From assembly GCA_963779415.1 (NCBI GenBank), contig CAVZYA010000001.1, forward strand, positions 1,152,001-1,216,000: a stretch of 64,000 nt of DNA. Reading direction: 5' to 3'. Both the position numbers and the translations under genes were made by a program. This document shows positions 9,698-20,380 of the stretch, piece after piece (positions within the stretch are counted from its first letter, which is position 1; every line of letters starts with the position of its first letter). This DNA is from an uncultured Acidobacteriota bacterium (GTDB lineage: Bacteria > Acidobacteriota > Thermoanaerobaculia > UBA5066). The notes beneath the pieces were generated by a model. That model did no database searches and was not told the DNA's origin. It worked only from the letters and a program-made list of their open reading frames with translations.

Positions 9698-11207
9698 CTC
9701 GTCGCTCCGGTGGCTGAGGGTGGCGCCGAGGCGAAGAGACCCCGTTTCCGTGCGGGAAGCCGGGAGACGAGGTCCGCCGCGGAGACGGACCGCCCGGTGA
9801 AGAGCGCCGCCTGTCCGGCCGCCTGCGCGAGAAGGAACGTAAAGCCGTCCACGACCTCGCACCCCGCCGCGCGCGCCGCGCGAGCGAGCGCCGTCCCTCC
9901 TTCCCGGTACGGCGCGTCGACGACGAGGAGGCCGGGGACCAGAATCGAAGCCTCGCAGGGGAGCGGGTCGTCGGCGCCGAGACCCAGCGGTGTCGCGTTG
10001 ACGAGAACCCGGGGAGAGACCCCCGGGAGATTCTCTGAATGGAATACAGAACCCGAGCGGACCGCGAAAGCCTCTCCCTTCTCGCGATCGCGCGTGCTCA
10101 CGAAGACCTCGTACCGCTTCTTTCGGAGAATTCCGACGGCGATCCGAGCCGTCCCTCCGGCTCCGAGGACGAGGGCACGTTCTCCCTCTTTCGCAGAGGG
10201 AATCAACTCGTCCAGCGCCTCGCCGTCCGTGTTCTCCCCGCGGACGGCGTCCTTTCCTTCGAAGAGAAGCGTGTTCATCGGCTCGCGTCGCGCCGGCGAT
10301 CGCGGCGGCTTCTTCCTTGAACGGGATCGTCACGGACGCCCCCGAGAGGGGAAGCCTGAGGCGAGCGAGGCCGTCGCGAAGGGCCGGCAGCTCGTTCACG
10401 AGTGAGCGGAGGGCGAAGGGAACGTAGAGGGCCTCCTCGTCGAGGGCCTCGAAGTTCGCGTTCTGGAGGGCGGGCGAGAAGCGAGTGGGAGACACGCGAG
10501 CCGAGGAGGGCGACGAGACGAGAGGCGCGTCGCGCCCGGCCCACGCCGTAGACGTCGCGGAGGTCCCGCGCCTGAAGCTGTCCCGGCGCCGTGGCGCCGC
10601 CCGGCACGATCGAGGCGAACATCAGCGGGGCGCCGAAATAAGGAGCGAGAACTCGCGTGGCTATCCCGGCCTCTCCCATGCCGAAGAGGGAGACGTTCGA
10701 TCCCTCGAACGATTTCTGGGCTTCGAGAAGGCGGACGGCGTCGTTCGAGTCGTTTGCCGTCCCGACGACCTTCACGTATCGGGCGCCGGTCGCGGCCATC
10801 CGCTCGGCGAGGCCGGCGACGTCGGGCGGAAGCCCTTCGAGATCGTGGACGGAGACGACGACCTTCGAGGGAGCGAGGCCCATGAGGTCGGCGTTCGTTC
10901 CGGCCCGGTACTCCACGTCCGACGAAGTCGAAGCCCGCCGCGAGCGCCTTCGAGAGGAGCGATCGGGCCTCTTCGGCGCTCCCCGAGAAACCGCCCCCCT
11001 CCGCCGTCGACCGGAGAGTGGCGACCAGGGTCTTCCCTTCGAAGCACGCGCGCAGCGCGCCGAAGTCTCCCGGTTCCCGGAGGGCGTCGAGCCGGACCTC
11101 GACGGCGGTCGAGGTCTCTCGCGAATGCCGCCGCCTCGCGGGCCTCCGCCATCGAGGAAGGCCCGAACGGAGCCGACGATCCGCGTCTTTTCCGCGCTCA
11201 GGACCAA
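9694..11207 (-). CDS. aroE: Bifunctional type I 3-dehydroquinate dehydratase / shikimate dehydrogenase (AroD-AroE), several apparent frameshifts
   Basis: Pieces across frames: VEVRLD, ATLRS..EGG, VVSVHD, MGEAG..TRVL, TAPGQL (type I DHQase) running in frame into LLGSRVSHSL; then SVTIPFK, NTDG, LGAGGTAR, VNATPLG (AroE). Confidence 0.85.
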
Positions 11208-11236
11208 ACGAAAACCCCCTCCGGTCCGGAGGGGGT
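11206..11236 (-). terminator. Attenuator terminator hairpin, which also contains the likely RBS of aroD-aroE
   Basis: Minus-strand RNA ACCCCCUCCG-GAC-CGGAGGGGGU followed by UUUCGUUU; perfect 10-bp stem with GGAGG in the 3' arm. Confidence 0.8.
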
Positions 11237-11306
11237 CGAAGTCGCTGCTTCTGGCCTTCGCGCCCTCCGGACAACTCCCTGTCCGGCGGCGAGAACGCCC
11301 GCCGGC

Positions 11307-11342
11307 TCAGTTGTGGTGACCGTGCCAGTGAAGAGCCAGCAT
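11307..11342 (-). CDS. His/Trp-rich attenuator leader peptide MLALHWHGHHN
   Basis: Read directly as ATG CTG GCT CTT CAC TGG CAC GGT CAC CAC AAC TGA: 4 His and 1 Trp codons, upstream of an aro-his-trp operon and followed by alternative hairpins. Confidence 0.85.
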   Translation of the reverse strand: MLALHWHGHHN

Positions 11343-11351
11343 GAGACGCGA

Positions 11352-11377
11352 ATTGAAACCCGCCCGGGGGAGCGCTG

Positions 11378-11381
<4 letters not shown>
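11352..11381 (-). promoter_or_regulatory. Putative sigma70 promoter of the leader and aro-his-trp operon
   Basis: Perfect TTGACA (11381-11376, overlapping the cysS stop), 18-nt spacer, weak -10 TTCAAT, 9 nt before the leader ATG. Confidence 0.55.
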
Positions 11382-12834
<1,453 letters not shown>

Positions 12835-12911
12835 GACGGGCGATTCTCGACGACCGCTGCGGATTTCGCCAGCGAGCGTGCGGAAAGCGGCCTTCGGGTT
12901 CTGCGATACCC

Positions 12912-13832
12912 TTGGGCGCCATGTTTCGATCGCCCGCCGCCGCCCCGCTGATTCTTCTCGTCGACGACGACCCTTTTCAGGCCGAGGTGGCGTCGTACAT
13001 CGCCTACGAGCTCGGCTGCGACTTCGACAGCGCGATCTCCGGAACCGAGGCGCTGGAGAAGGTCGCCGCGCGGAAGCCCGACCTGATCCTCCTCGACGTC
13101 CGGATGCCCGACCTCTCCGGCTACGAGGTCTGCCGCCGGGTGAAGACCGCGCCCGAGACCGCCGACACGCAGGTCATCTTCGTCACCGCCCGGACGGAGG
13201 AGGAGGACCTCCTCGCCGGATTCGAGGCGCTCGCGAACGACTACGTGACGAAGCCCTTCTCGGCCCGCGAGCTGAAGGCGCGCGTCAAGAACGCCCTCCG
13301 GGTCAAGAGCCTCCTCGACACGCTCACCGCGCGGACGCGGCTCCTCGAGGCGCAGCAGGAGATCACGGACCAGCTCGACTCCGACGACGTCACGTCGGAC
13401 GAGCTCCGGAGCGGCCGTCTCGGCCCGATCCTCGACCGGATCGCCGCCACGTTCGGAGCCGACGGAGCCACCCTCCATCTCCGGCGTCCGGGGCGCGGCG
13501 AGCTGGCCGCGATCGCCTCCTCCAAGTGGCCGGCCGGCGAGCCGCCGGCCCACCTCGCCGCGCTCGCGCTGCAGGAGGACCCGCGTGTGGAGCGCGCGCC
13601 GCGGATGCCGGGCGAAGTGCGGGACTCCGGCGGCGAGTGGACCATCTCGTCGGCGCCTCTCTGGGCGGGGCCCGAGCTGATCGGGACCCTCCGGCTCCAC
13701 CGCCGCGCCGTTCTCGCGCCCCCGGGGGAGTCTCCCGAGCTCGAGCACCTCGTCGCCTTCGCCTCGCACCTCGCCCGGACCCTTCACCGGGTCCAGCTGA
13801 CCGAGTCGTTGCGCGAGCGGGCCGCCGGCTGA
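12912..13832 (+). CDS. Response regulator receiver plus GAF-like domain protein (start may be ATG 12922)
   Basis: ILLVDDD, PDLILLDVRMP, FVTA, DYVTKPF; coiled linker then a GAF-like segment (SAPLWAGPELIGTL). Confidence 0.8.
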   Translation: MGAMFRSPAAAPLILLVDDDPFQAEVASYIAYELGCDFDSAISGTEALEKVAARKPDLILLDVRMPDLSGYEVCRRVKTAPETADTQVIFVTARTEEEDLLAGFEALANDYVTKPFSARELKARVKNALRVKSLLDTLTARTRLLEAQQEITDQLDSDDVTSDELRSGRLGPILDRIAATFGADGATLHLRRPGRGELAAIASSKWPAGEPPAHLAALALQEDPRVERAPRMPGEVRDSGGEWTISSAPLWAGPELIGTLRLHRRAVLAPPGESPELEHLVAFASHLARTLHRVQLTESLRERAAG

Positions 13833-13839
13833 CGCCGGC

Positions 13840-14355
13840 CTACCAGCTTCCCTCCCGCCTCCTCTTGGCCGCCTTCCGGAGGAGCAGGCTCTTCTTCAGG
13901 CTCGAGAGCCGGTCGACGTAGAGGTGCCTGTGGAGGTGGTCGATCTCGTGGCAAAGCGCACGGGCGAAGAGGTCGCGGCCGGAGAGGGTCCGGATGGCCC
14001 CGGTCCCGTCCTGCGCCTCCACCGTCACCTCCTCGGGACGGTCGACGACCTCCACGAGGTCCGGAAGGGAGAGGCACCCCTCCTCCTCGCGGACCCGCCC
14101 GCGCTCCGACACGACTCTCGGGTTCACGAGAACGACGACCCCGGAGGGGTCCTTGCCGACCGAGAGGTCGATGATCGCCACGCGGAGATTCACTCCGATC
14201 TGGGGTGCGGCGAGGCCGACGCCGGGAGCGGCCCAGCACGTTTCGGTGAGGTCCCGGATCAGCTCCGAAAGGGCCGGGCTTCCAAAGTCCGAAATCTCCT
14301 CGTTCGGGGCGAGGAGCCGGGGATCCCCGTACTTGACGATCTCGCGTATGGCCAA
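13840..14355 (-). CDS. def: Peptide deformylase
   Basis: GVGLAAPQIG, EGCLS and HEIDHL motifs. Confidence 0.96.
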   Translation of the reverse strand: MAIREIVKYGDPRLLAPNEEISDFGSPALSELIRDLTETCWAAPGVGLAAPQIGVNLRVAIIDLSVGKDPSGVVVLVNPRVVSERGRVREEEGCLSLPDLVEVVDRPEEVTVEAQDGTGAIRTLSGRDLFARALCHEIDHLHRHLYVDRLSSLKKSLLLRKAAKRRREGSW

Positions 14356-14473
14356 TGAGTTGTCCCCTCCGCGGCGGGTCCCGCCCGTGCGCGCCAGATT
14401 GACCGGGGAGGGGGGCGGAGGTCAAGTCGTCCCCGGGCGGTGACGGTCCCGCTGGTACAGAGGTCGCATAAGA

Positions 14474-16375
14474 ATGACCGGAGGAATGGAAATGAGACGC
14501 GGCCAGGCCGCCGGAACCGCCGTCCTTTTCCTCGCCGCGGCCCTCGCGGGGCCGGCGGCGGCCGAGCGCGAGTCCTACTCCTACGTCTCGTACGCGGGGA
14601 ACGACGTCTCCCTCCTCTCCAGCGCCTCAGACGAGGAGATTGCCCGGATCAACACCCCGGTTCTCGGGGGAGACCGGATGGTGACCGGCGCGGCATCGCG
14701 CGCCGAGGTCGTCCTGGCGAGCGGAAACATCATCCGGATCGACGGAAGAACCGAGATCCGGTTCGACCGGATGTCCCGGACGTACGAGTCGGACGACGAC
14801 CGGGATCTTCTCTATCTTCTTCGCGGCTCGGTCGCCGTGGACGTCCGCGAAGCCGCCTTCGGCGAGGAGGCCTTCCGCCTCGACACGGACGACGCGACCG
14901 TCGTGATGGAGGGGAGCGGCCAGCTTCGCATCGACGCCGGGCCGCGCGGCTCGGTGATCACCGTCGTGGCCGGAGAAGCCGAGGTGACGGGACGGGGAGG
15001 CTCCGCGACTCTCCAGGCCGGAGAGTCCGCCGCCGTGAGCGGCTCCGAGCCGTTCGAGGCCGAGAGATTCGATCCCCCGCGCGACAGGTTCGCGCGTTTC
15101 GTCGAAGAACGGCGTGATCGCGGGACGCGTGGAGGCGCCGACACCTACGTCGGCTCCGACCTCCAGTACGAGGCCTCCGCCTCCGACCTCGAGGAGAACG
15201 GGAACTGGGTCTACGTCTCCGGATACCAGCGGTGGTGCTGGCGGCCAACCGTCGCCGCCGACTGGCGCCCTTACTCCTCCGGCACCTGGCGCTGGACGCC
15301 GTGCGGCCTGACATGGGTCTCGTACGAGCCGTGGGGCTGGCTCCCCTACCACTACGGCGACTGGTCCTGGGACAGCCTCGCCGGTTGGGTCTGGATCCCC
15401 GGATCCCTTTACGCCCCGGCATGGGTCTACTGGAGCTACACCCCTTCATGGACCGGCTGGTGCCCGATGGGCTACTACCAGCACCCCCGGCACCATCGCG
15501 TGAACAAGACGGTCTACGGAGCCGATGGAAGCGGATCGCGGATCCCCTACTTCCGAGGACGAGTCGACATCTCGAAGGTCGACCAGAGGGGGTGGAACTA
15601 CGCCCCTTCGACGCGTCTCGGCAGCCGCCTAGACCCGTCGCATGACATCGTTCGCGGAGAACGCCTCTCCTTCCGCCCCGGCGAGACCGGGATCATCTCC
15701 ACGGCGCCTCTCCGGATCGAGAAAGGCTCCGGTCCCGCTTCGGCGGCGGTCCGGGACGCCGTCGGGAAGATCTCCGGGTCTCCCGTGTCGCGGAGTCACC
15801 TCCCCGTGAACGAGGGCCTCACGGCGATCCTCCGGCGCGACGCGAGCCTGACGCCGGCCGCCGAGCAGGAGCTTCGCCGTTCGCTCGTCCGCCTCAGCGC
15901 CCGTGAGACGTTCCGTCCCGTCTCGCCCGAGTCTCTCCTCCAGGCGACCGTGACGGAGAGGCCGGCGGTCTGGACGGACGATTGGCGGACGTCGACCCCC
16001 CGAAGCCGCGCAGGCGGCCACACCGCGATCTCGTCCACCCGGAGGCCCGACCCCGTGCGGGACAACGGCTGGCGCTCCCCCGCCTCGACGGCGCCGCGCG
16101 ATATCGCCCCGAAAACGGCCGGACCGCCGGGAAGCGACACCGGATGGCGCGCCCCCCACCCGCAGTCGCGCCGCGAATCCGTCGCCCCGTCGACCCCCCG
16201 CACCCCCGGGAGCGACTGGCGTGACGCGCCGAGACGCGATCTCCCCTCTCCACGGTACGAGGCCCCGCGCCAGGCTCCGGCTTCGCCCCCCGCGCCCCGT
16301 CTCTCGGCCCCGGCTCCTCAGGCGGCACCGCAAGTGGCCCCCGCCCCGCGAGGCGACGCTCCCAGGCAGCACTGA
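14474..16375 (+). CDS. Secreted FecR-like / DUF6600-type protein with Trp-rich repeats and a Pro-rich tail
   Basis: Signal peptide; FecR-like beta region (GDRMVTG..RAEV); WRPY..G.W, EPWGWLPYHYGDW and YAPAWVYW motifs. Confidence 0.7.
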   Translation: MTGGMEMRRGQAAGTAVLFLAAALAGPAAAERESYSYVSYAGNDVSLLSSASDEEIARINTPVLGGDRMVTGAASRAEVVLASGNIIRIDGRTEIRFDRMSRTYESDDDRDLLYLLRGSVAVDVREAAFGEEAFRLDTDDATVVMEGSGQLRIDAGPRGSVITVVAGEAEVTGRGGSATLQAGESAAVSGSEPFEAERFDPPRDRFARFVEERRDRGTRGGADTYVGSDLQYEASASDLEENGNWVYVSGYQRWCWRPTVAADWRPYSSGTWRWTPCGLTWVSYEPWGWLPYHYGDWSWDSLAGWVWIPGSLYAPAWVYWSYTPSWTGWCPMGYYQHPRHHRVNKTVYGADGSGSRIPYFRGRVDISKVDQRGWNYAPSTRLGSRLDPSHDIVRGERLSFRPGETGIISTAPLRIEKGSGPASAAVRDAVGKISGSPVSRSHLPVNEGLTAILRRDASLTPAAEQELRRSLVRLSARETFRPVSPESLLQATVTERPAVWTDDWRTSTPRSRAGGHTAISSTRRPDPVRDNGWRSPASTAPRDIAPKTAGPPGSDTGWRAPHPQSRRESVAPSTPRTPGSDWRDAPRRDLPSPRYEAPRQAPASPPAPRLSAPAPQAAPQVAPAPRGDAPRQH

Positions 16376-16408
16376 CGCCATCCGTCGGCTCGCCTCTAGA
16401 ATGCCGCG

Positions 16409-16690
16409 ATGGCCACGCCGGCCGAGTCGAAGATCCTCCGCTTCCTGACGATCATCTACTTCGCCGAGGCCGGCGCCTTCCTCGCCGTCGCGCCGTGGAG
16501 CCTCTTCTGGATCCGGCGGATCGTGGCCCGATCCCCCGCGCTCGTGCAGCCGCTCCTCCTCTCCCCGTATTTCCGGAGCTTCCTCGTCGGGCTGGGGATC
16601 CTTCACCTTTTCGTCGCCTTTCGCGACCTCGAAGCGTGGCGCAAGGCCTCCTGGGGACGTGCGCGTCCGGCCGAAGGGACGGCCTCGTGA
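16409..16690 (+). CDS. Small membrane protein
   Basis: Two hydrophobic segments; TAGAAT 6 nt upstream; stop overlaps the acpS GTG. Confidence 0.7.
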   Translation: MATPAESKILRFLTIIYFAEAGAFLAVAPWSLFWIRRIVARSPALVQPLLLSPYFRSFLVGLGILHLFVAFRDLEAWRKASWGRARPAEGTAS

Positions 16691-17121
16691 GCGACGGGCC
16701 TTCCGCCGCTCCCTTTGCGGCGCTCTCTCACGGCGGAACGGTCGTCGGGATCGGGACGGATCTTTGCGAGGTGCCGCGGATTTCCGAAGCCCTCGAGAGG
16801 CACGGGGACCGGTTCCTTCGGCGTCTCTTTCTCGACGGGGAGATCCGCCGGTCGCGCTCGTCCCCCGCCTTCGCCGAGCACGTGGCCGGACTCTTCGCAG
16901 CGAAGGAGGCGGCGATGAAGGCGCTCGGCACCGGGATGCAGGGTGTCGCCTTCCGGGAGATCGCAATCCTCCGCGAGAGGGGCGCCGCGCCCCGGCTCTC
17001 CTTCCGCGGCCGCGCGGCGAGACGCGCCGAGGCACTCGGCGTCAAGGCCGCCCACGTCACCATCACCCACACGCGCACTCTCGCTTCGGCCGTCGTCCTC
17101 CTTCTCGCCCGCGAAGACTAG
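16687..17121 (+). CDS. acpS: Holo-[acyl-carrier-protein] synthase
   Basis: GIGTDL, FAAKEAAMKALGTG, HVTITH. Confidence 0.92.
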   Translation: MSDGPSAAPFAALSHGGTVVGIGTDLCEVPRISEALERHGDRFLRRLFLDGEIRRSRSSPAFAEHVAGLFAAKEAAMKALGTGMQGVAFREIAILRERGAAPRLSFRGRAARRAEALGVKAAHVTITHTRTLASAVVLLLARED

Positions 17122-17133
17122 AATCGTCCTCTC

Positions 17134-17532
17134 GTGAGCAGCCTCCCGGGCCCCCTCGCCGGGCGCAAGATCCTGATCGTCGACGACGAGCCCTACATCC
17201 TGAAGATCGTCGCCTTCAAGCTGCGCCTCTCCGGGATGACCCCGTTCGAGGCGACCTCGGGCGAGGAAGCCCTCCGGATCCTCCGCGAGGAGTCGCCCGA
17301 GCTGATCCTCCTCGACGTCTCCCTCACCCCGGGCCTCTCGGGCTTCGACCTCTGCCGGATCCTCAAGGAGAACCCGGGAACCTCGCGCATCCCCATCGTC
17401 ATGCTCACGGCGCGGACCCACCCCTCCGAGCGCGACCTCGGTCTCCGCCTCGGCGCCCACTCCTACGTCACGAAGCCCTTCTCGACCAAGGTCCTCCTCC
17501 GCGAGATCGAAAGCGCGCTCGAAACGGCCTGA
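17134..17532 (+). CDS. Single-domain response regulator (CheY-like)
   Basis: ILIVDDEP, LILLDV, IVMLTA, YVTKPF. Confidence 0.9.
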   Translation: MSSLPGPLAGRKILIVDDEPYILKIVAFKLRLSGMTPFEATSGEEALRILREESPELILLDVSLTPGLSGFDLCRILKENPGTSRIPIVMLTARTHPSERDLGLRLGAHSYVTKPFSTKVLLREIESALETA

Positions 17533-17551
17533 GCTCGCACGCCACGGCCAG

Positions 17552-18085
17552 ATGATGCAAGGGCTCGGACTCGCCGTCCCCGGCTCATGGCTCTCGACCA
17601 TTGGACTCGCCGTGGCCTGGCTTGCGCTGATGCTGGCCTGTAGCCCGCTCGCAGACAGGGTCGCGACCCGACTGGTTGCCAGGCCACCAAACCTCGGCGC
17701 CTTCCGTGTGCTTCAGCAGTCCAGGGCCAAGCTCGTCCTCGGGATCGTCGTGGCCTGGCTCCTCGGGGGATTTCTCGAGGAGATCGTCTTCCGGGGAGTC
17801 ATCCTTCAATCGGCGAAAAAACTACTGTCCGCCTGGCTCGCCGCGCCCGCCGCAACTGCTGCCGCCGTCTGTGGCGCCGCCGCAGGAGCGGGCCTCGTGC
17901 ACCTCTATCAGGGTCCCCGTGCCGCGATCATCGTCACCCAGCTCTCGGTACTGTTCGGCCTGCTGTTCGTCCTGAGCGGGTACAACCTCTGGACGGTCAT
18001 CCTCTGTCACGGGCTCTACGACACCATCGCCTTCGTCAGGTTCGCCCGGAAACAGTCCAGATACTCAAATCTCGACGGCCAATGA
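17552..18085 (+). CDS. CPBP family (Abi/CAAX) intramembrane metalloprotease, possibly N-terminally truncated
   Basis: EEIVFRG, HLYQG and HGLYD motifs with hydrophobic helices. Confidence 0.8.
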   Translation: MMQGLGLAVPGSWLSTIGLAVAWLALMLACSPLADRVATRLVARPPNLGAFRVLQQSRAKLVLGIVVAWLLGGFLEEIVFRGVILQSAKKLLSAWLAAPAATAAAVCGAAAGAGLVHLYQGPRAAIIVTQLSVLFGLLFVLSGYNLWTVILCHGLYDTIAFVRFARKQSRYSNLDGQ

Positions 18086-18097
18086 TGGAAACGGCAT

Positions 18098-18598
18098 TCA
18101 GACCACCCGAAAGTCGTCGTCGGGATGAATCTCCAGAAAACCCTCGCCGTCCGTATCCACGACGACCGGACCGCCGCAGAAGAGACTCTGCCCTTTCAAG
18201 ACGCCACCAAGTCGCTCGCAGACGGCGTGCGCGCCGGTCTTCGGCTCGACTTCGACCCGGACGTACCGTTCCACCTCCGATGGCATCGACACCGTCTGGA
18301 TGACGAACGTCTCGAGATGAAGATCGATCGTGAAAAAGCCGTCGGTGGAGTGGCCGGCGTCGTAGACGGCCACTCCCGCGGCCTTCGCATCGCACCCCGT
18401 TGGCTGCCATCCGCTGATGCCGCACCGCTTGAACGGCGTCGTCAGGATCCCGATGGCCTTGGAGAACCAGCCCAGCTCGTCCTGCGGCGCCATCGAAAGC
18501 TTCGCGACCGTGCCCGGGGCGTCACACGCACGTGCGGCCCGGAGCCCCTTGAGTTCGTGGTACCAGTAATGGCGCTGCACCAGGCGGCGCATCGTCAA
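18098..18598 (-). CDS. Hypothetical protein
   Basis: 166-aa ORF with globular composition, a GGGGAGG RBS upstream and a C-terminal FLEIHP. Confidence 0.55.
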   Translation of the reverse strand: MTMRRLVQRHYWYHELKGLRAARACDAPGTVAKLSMAPQDELGWFSKAIGILTTPFKRCGISGWQPTGCDAKAAGVAVYDAGHSTDGFFTIDLHLETFVIQTVSMPSEVERYVRVEVEPKTGAHAVCERLGGVLKGQSLFCGGPVVVDTDGEGFLEIHPDDDFRVV

Positions 18599-18667
18599 CC
18601 TCCCCGCCTCACCCGCATCCGGCCGGACGAACCTGGCGCTCTCCGGAATCGGAGCATGTCGGGCGGC

Positions 18668-18940
18668 TCAGGCCTCCCGGGAGGCCACCTGAGGGTTCTT
18701 CCGCCTTTCCGGATGATGCGGTGGGGCGTCGGGACGATAGACGCGCCTCTCGTGCCGCAGATATCGCCGGGGAATCGGCTCGAACACTTCGCCCTTCTTC
18801 ACCATGTCGCGAATCAGCTCCTGCACGACGTTCCGCTCGGCGCCGATCGCCTCGGCCACCATCCCCACGCTCCGCAGAATGTCCCCTTCCGCGTGCTCGA
18901 GGTAGTCGATGATTCGCGCCCGGAGCTCAGCCTCCTTCAT
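18668..18940 (-). CDS. Small hypothetical protein, possible winged helix
   Basis: MKEAELRARIIDYL...VAEAIG..VQELIRDMVKKGEV resembles a wHTH pattern; GGAG upstream of the ATG. Confidence 0.5.
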   Translation of the reverse strand: MKEAELRARIIDYLEHAEGDILRSVGMVAEAIGAERNVVQELIRDMVKKGEVFEPIPRRYLRHERRVYRPDAPPHHPERRKNPQVASREA

Positions 18941-19246
18941 CCCGGCTCCACCCCTCTTGCTGGTCTTACTGGGGTCAGGTCTCATTCCTTGATTATACGC
19001 CATCGGTGTCATCGGGGTCAGGTCTTACACCTCTATTCTACTCCCATTCTGACATCCCCTCCGAGATCCTACCGGGTCCCTCACGAACGTCGGCCTGGCG
19101 TCGCCAACGGGAAAAGAGATCCGCTCGGCCGAGGACCGCGAGAGCCGGCTCACGGCCGCCGTCGTCACGAAAGAATGCTCAACGAGAGGACAGCTTTCCG
19201 CTCGAGGCGCCGTGGACCGTCAGGGCGGCTTCGCGCCGCGGAGAGG

Positions 19247-19897
19247 CTACGGAAGCGCTGCCCGCCGCAACCGCGGGATGAGGTCGGCGAGAAAGGATCG
19301 CAGCTCCGTGGGAGAGACGCCTCCCGGCAGGTTAGCCGCGTCCCCGATCCGGATCTCCGAGATAACCCAGGCCAGCGTGGCGGGCGTGCAACCCCCGTCC
19401 TTCGCTATGGCTGCGGGCAAGGCCGACTCGATCTTGTGGCCTGCACGTTCGAGAAGAAGCAGGTCGACGAGATCTCTCTCTTCCCCACGCGAGAGAACCG
19501 TCGTCAGTTTGTTTGCCAGGATCTCTTCAATCGGATCGATCCGGACGACCCCCACCCGCCGCTTTTCGGAGATCGCCTGTGGGGCACGGTCCCATACCAG
19601 ATCCACGACGACCGATTCATTGCCACGCGTCACGACGTAACGCTCGAATCCGGGTGACAGCTGGCGACGCCTCACCGTCGCACCGAGACTGTCAGCGGCC
19701 GCACCAAGCGCGTGAGAACCTCTCTCCAGCGCCTCGCGACTCTCGGTGAACAGGTCGAGATCCGTCGTCTCCCTGTGCTTCAAGTAGAAACCAGCGAGAG
19801 CGGCGCCGCCGGTGAGAAAGAACCCCTGCTCCCGCTCGAAGAACGCCTGGAGAAGTTCCCGCTGGAGCGGCGTCAGCCTATCGGTTGAGGAGTCCAT
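19247..19897 (-). CDS. AbiEii/AbiGii-like nucleotidyltransferase toxin (type IV TA-like)
   Basis: FFLTGGAAL..HRETTDLDLF NTase motif, ANKL and RDLVDL. Confidence 0.88.
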   Translation of the reverse strand: MDSSTDRLTPLQRELLQAFFEREQGFFLTGGAALAGFYLKHRETTDLDLFTESREALERGSHALGAAADSLGATVRRRQLSPGFERYVVTRGNESVVVDLVWDRAPQAISEKRRVGVVRIDPIEEILANKLTTVLSRGEERDLVDLLLLERAGHKIESALPAAIAKDGGCTPATLAWVISEIRIGDAANLPGGVSPTELRSFLADLIPRLRRAALP

Positions 19898-20174
19898 CGG
19901 CTCGCCATCCTTCGATCAGGAAGTCCCAGAACGCGCGTCGCCGGCCGAGCCGGCTTCGGACGGCGGGCAGCGCTTCGGCCACCTCGGAAGGCGTCACGAA
20001 CTGCCACACGTCGGTGTCCCGCGCCTCCCGAAGCATCTTCGCCATGAGCCGAAGGCGCTCCAACCGGTCCCCGCCCTTCAGGCGTTCCTTCAGGTCACCG
20101 ATCGAGAGGTCCTCGTCCCAGAGGAAATAGGGGCGAGCGGCGTCCTGCGACAGGTCGACGGATAACACACGCAT
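19878..20174 (-). CDS. Putative cognate antitoxin of the AbiEii-like toxin
   Basis: 98-aa ORF (RPYFLWDED...FWDFL) overlapping the toxin start; TACTGT 7 nt upstream. Confidence 0.72.
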   Translation of the reverse strand: MRVLSVDLSQDAARPYFLWDEDLSIGDLKERLKGGDRLERLRLMAKMLREARDTDVWQFVTPSEVAEALPAVRSRLGRRRAFWDFLIEGWRADGLLNR

Positions 20175-20302
20175 GACCCGAACAGTATGCCTCGTCGGCC
20201 ATTCCCCCGCACCAGTCAGCCTCCCGGGCGCTGCGACCCCTTCCCGTCAGCCGACGACGCTGAAGATCTTGCGGTGTCAGCGCCCATCGGTGTTCATTGG
20301 GG

Positions 20303-20380
20303 TCACGCCCGATATCTAATCCCCCGATAAGTCACGCGCCAGACAGCGCCGGGGAAATCCACTCGAAGACGCCGGCTCAC
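20303..20380 (-). pseudogene. N-terminal remnant of a REP-associated (IS200-like, Y1) tyrosine transposase
   Basis: VSRRLRVDFPGAVWRVTYRG matches the typical MxRPLRIEFPGAxYHVTxRG N-terminus; stops after 25 codons; preceded by TATGCT and a GGGGTCAGGTCTTGCA motif. Confidence 0.7.
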
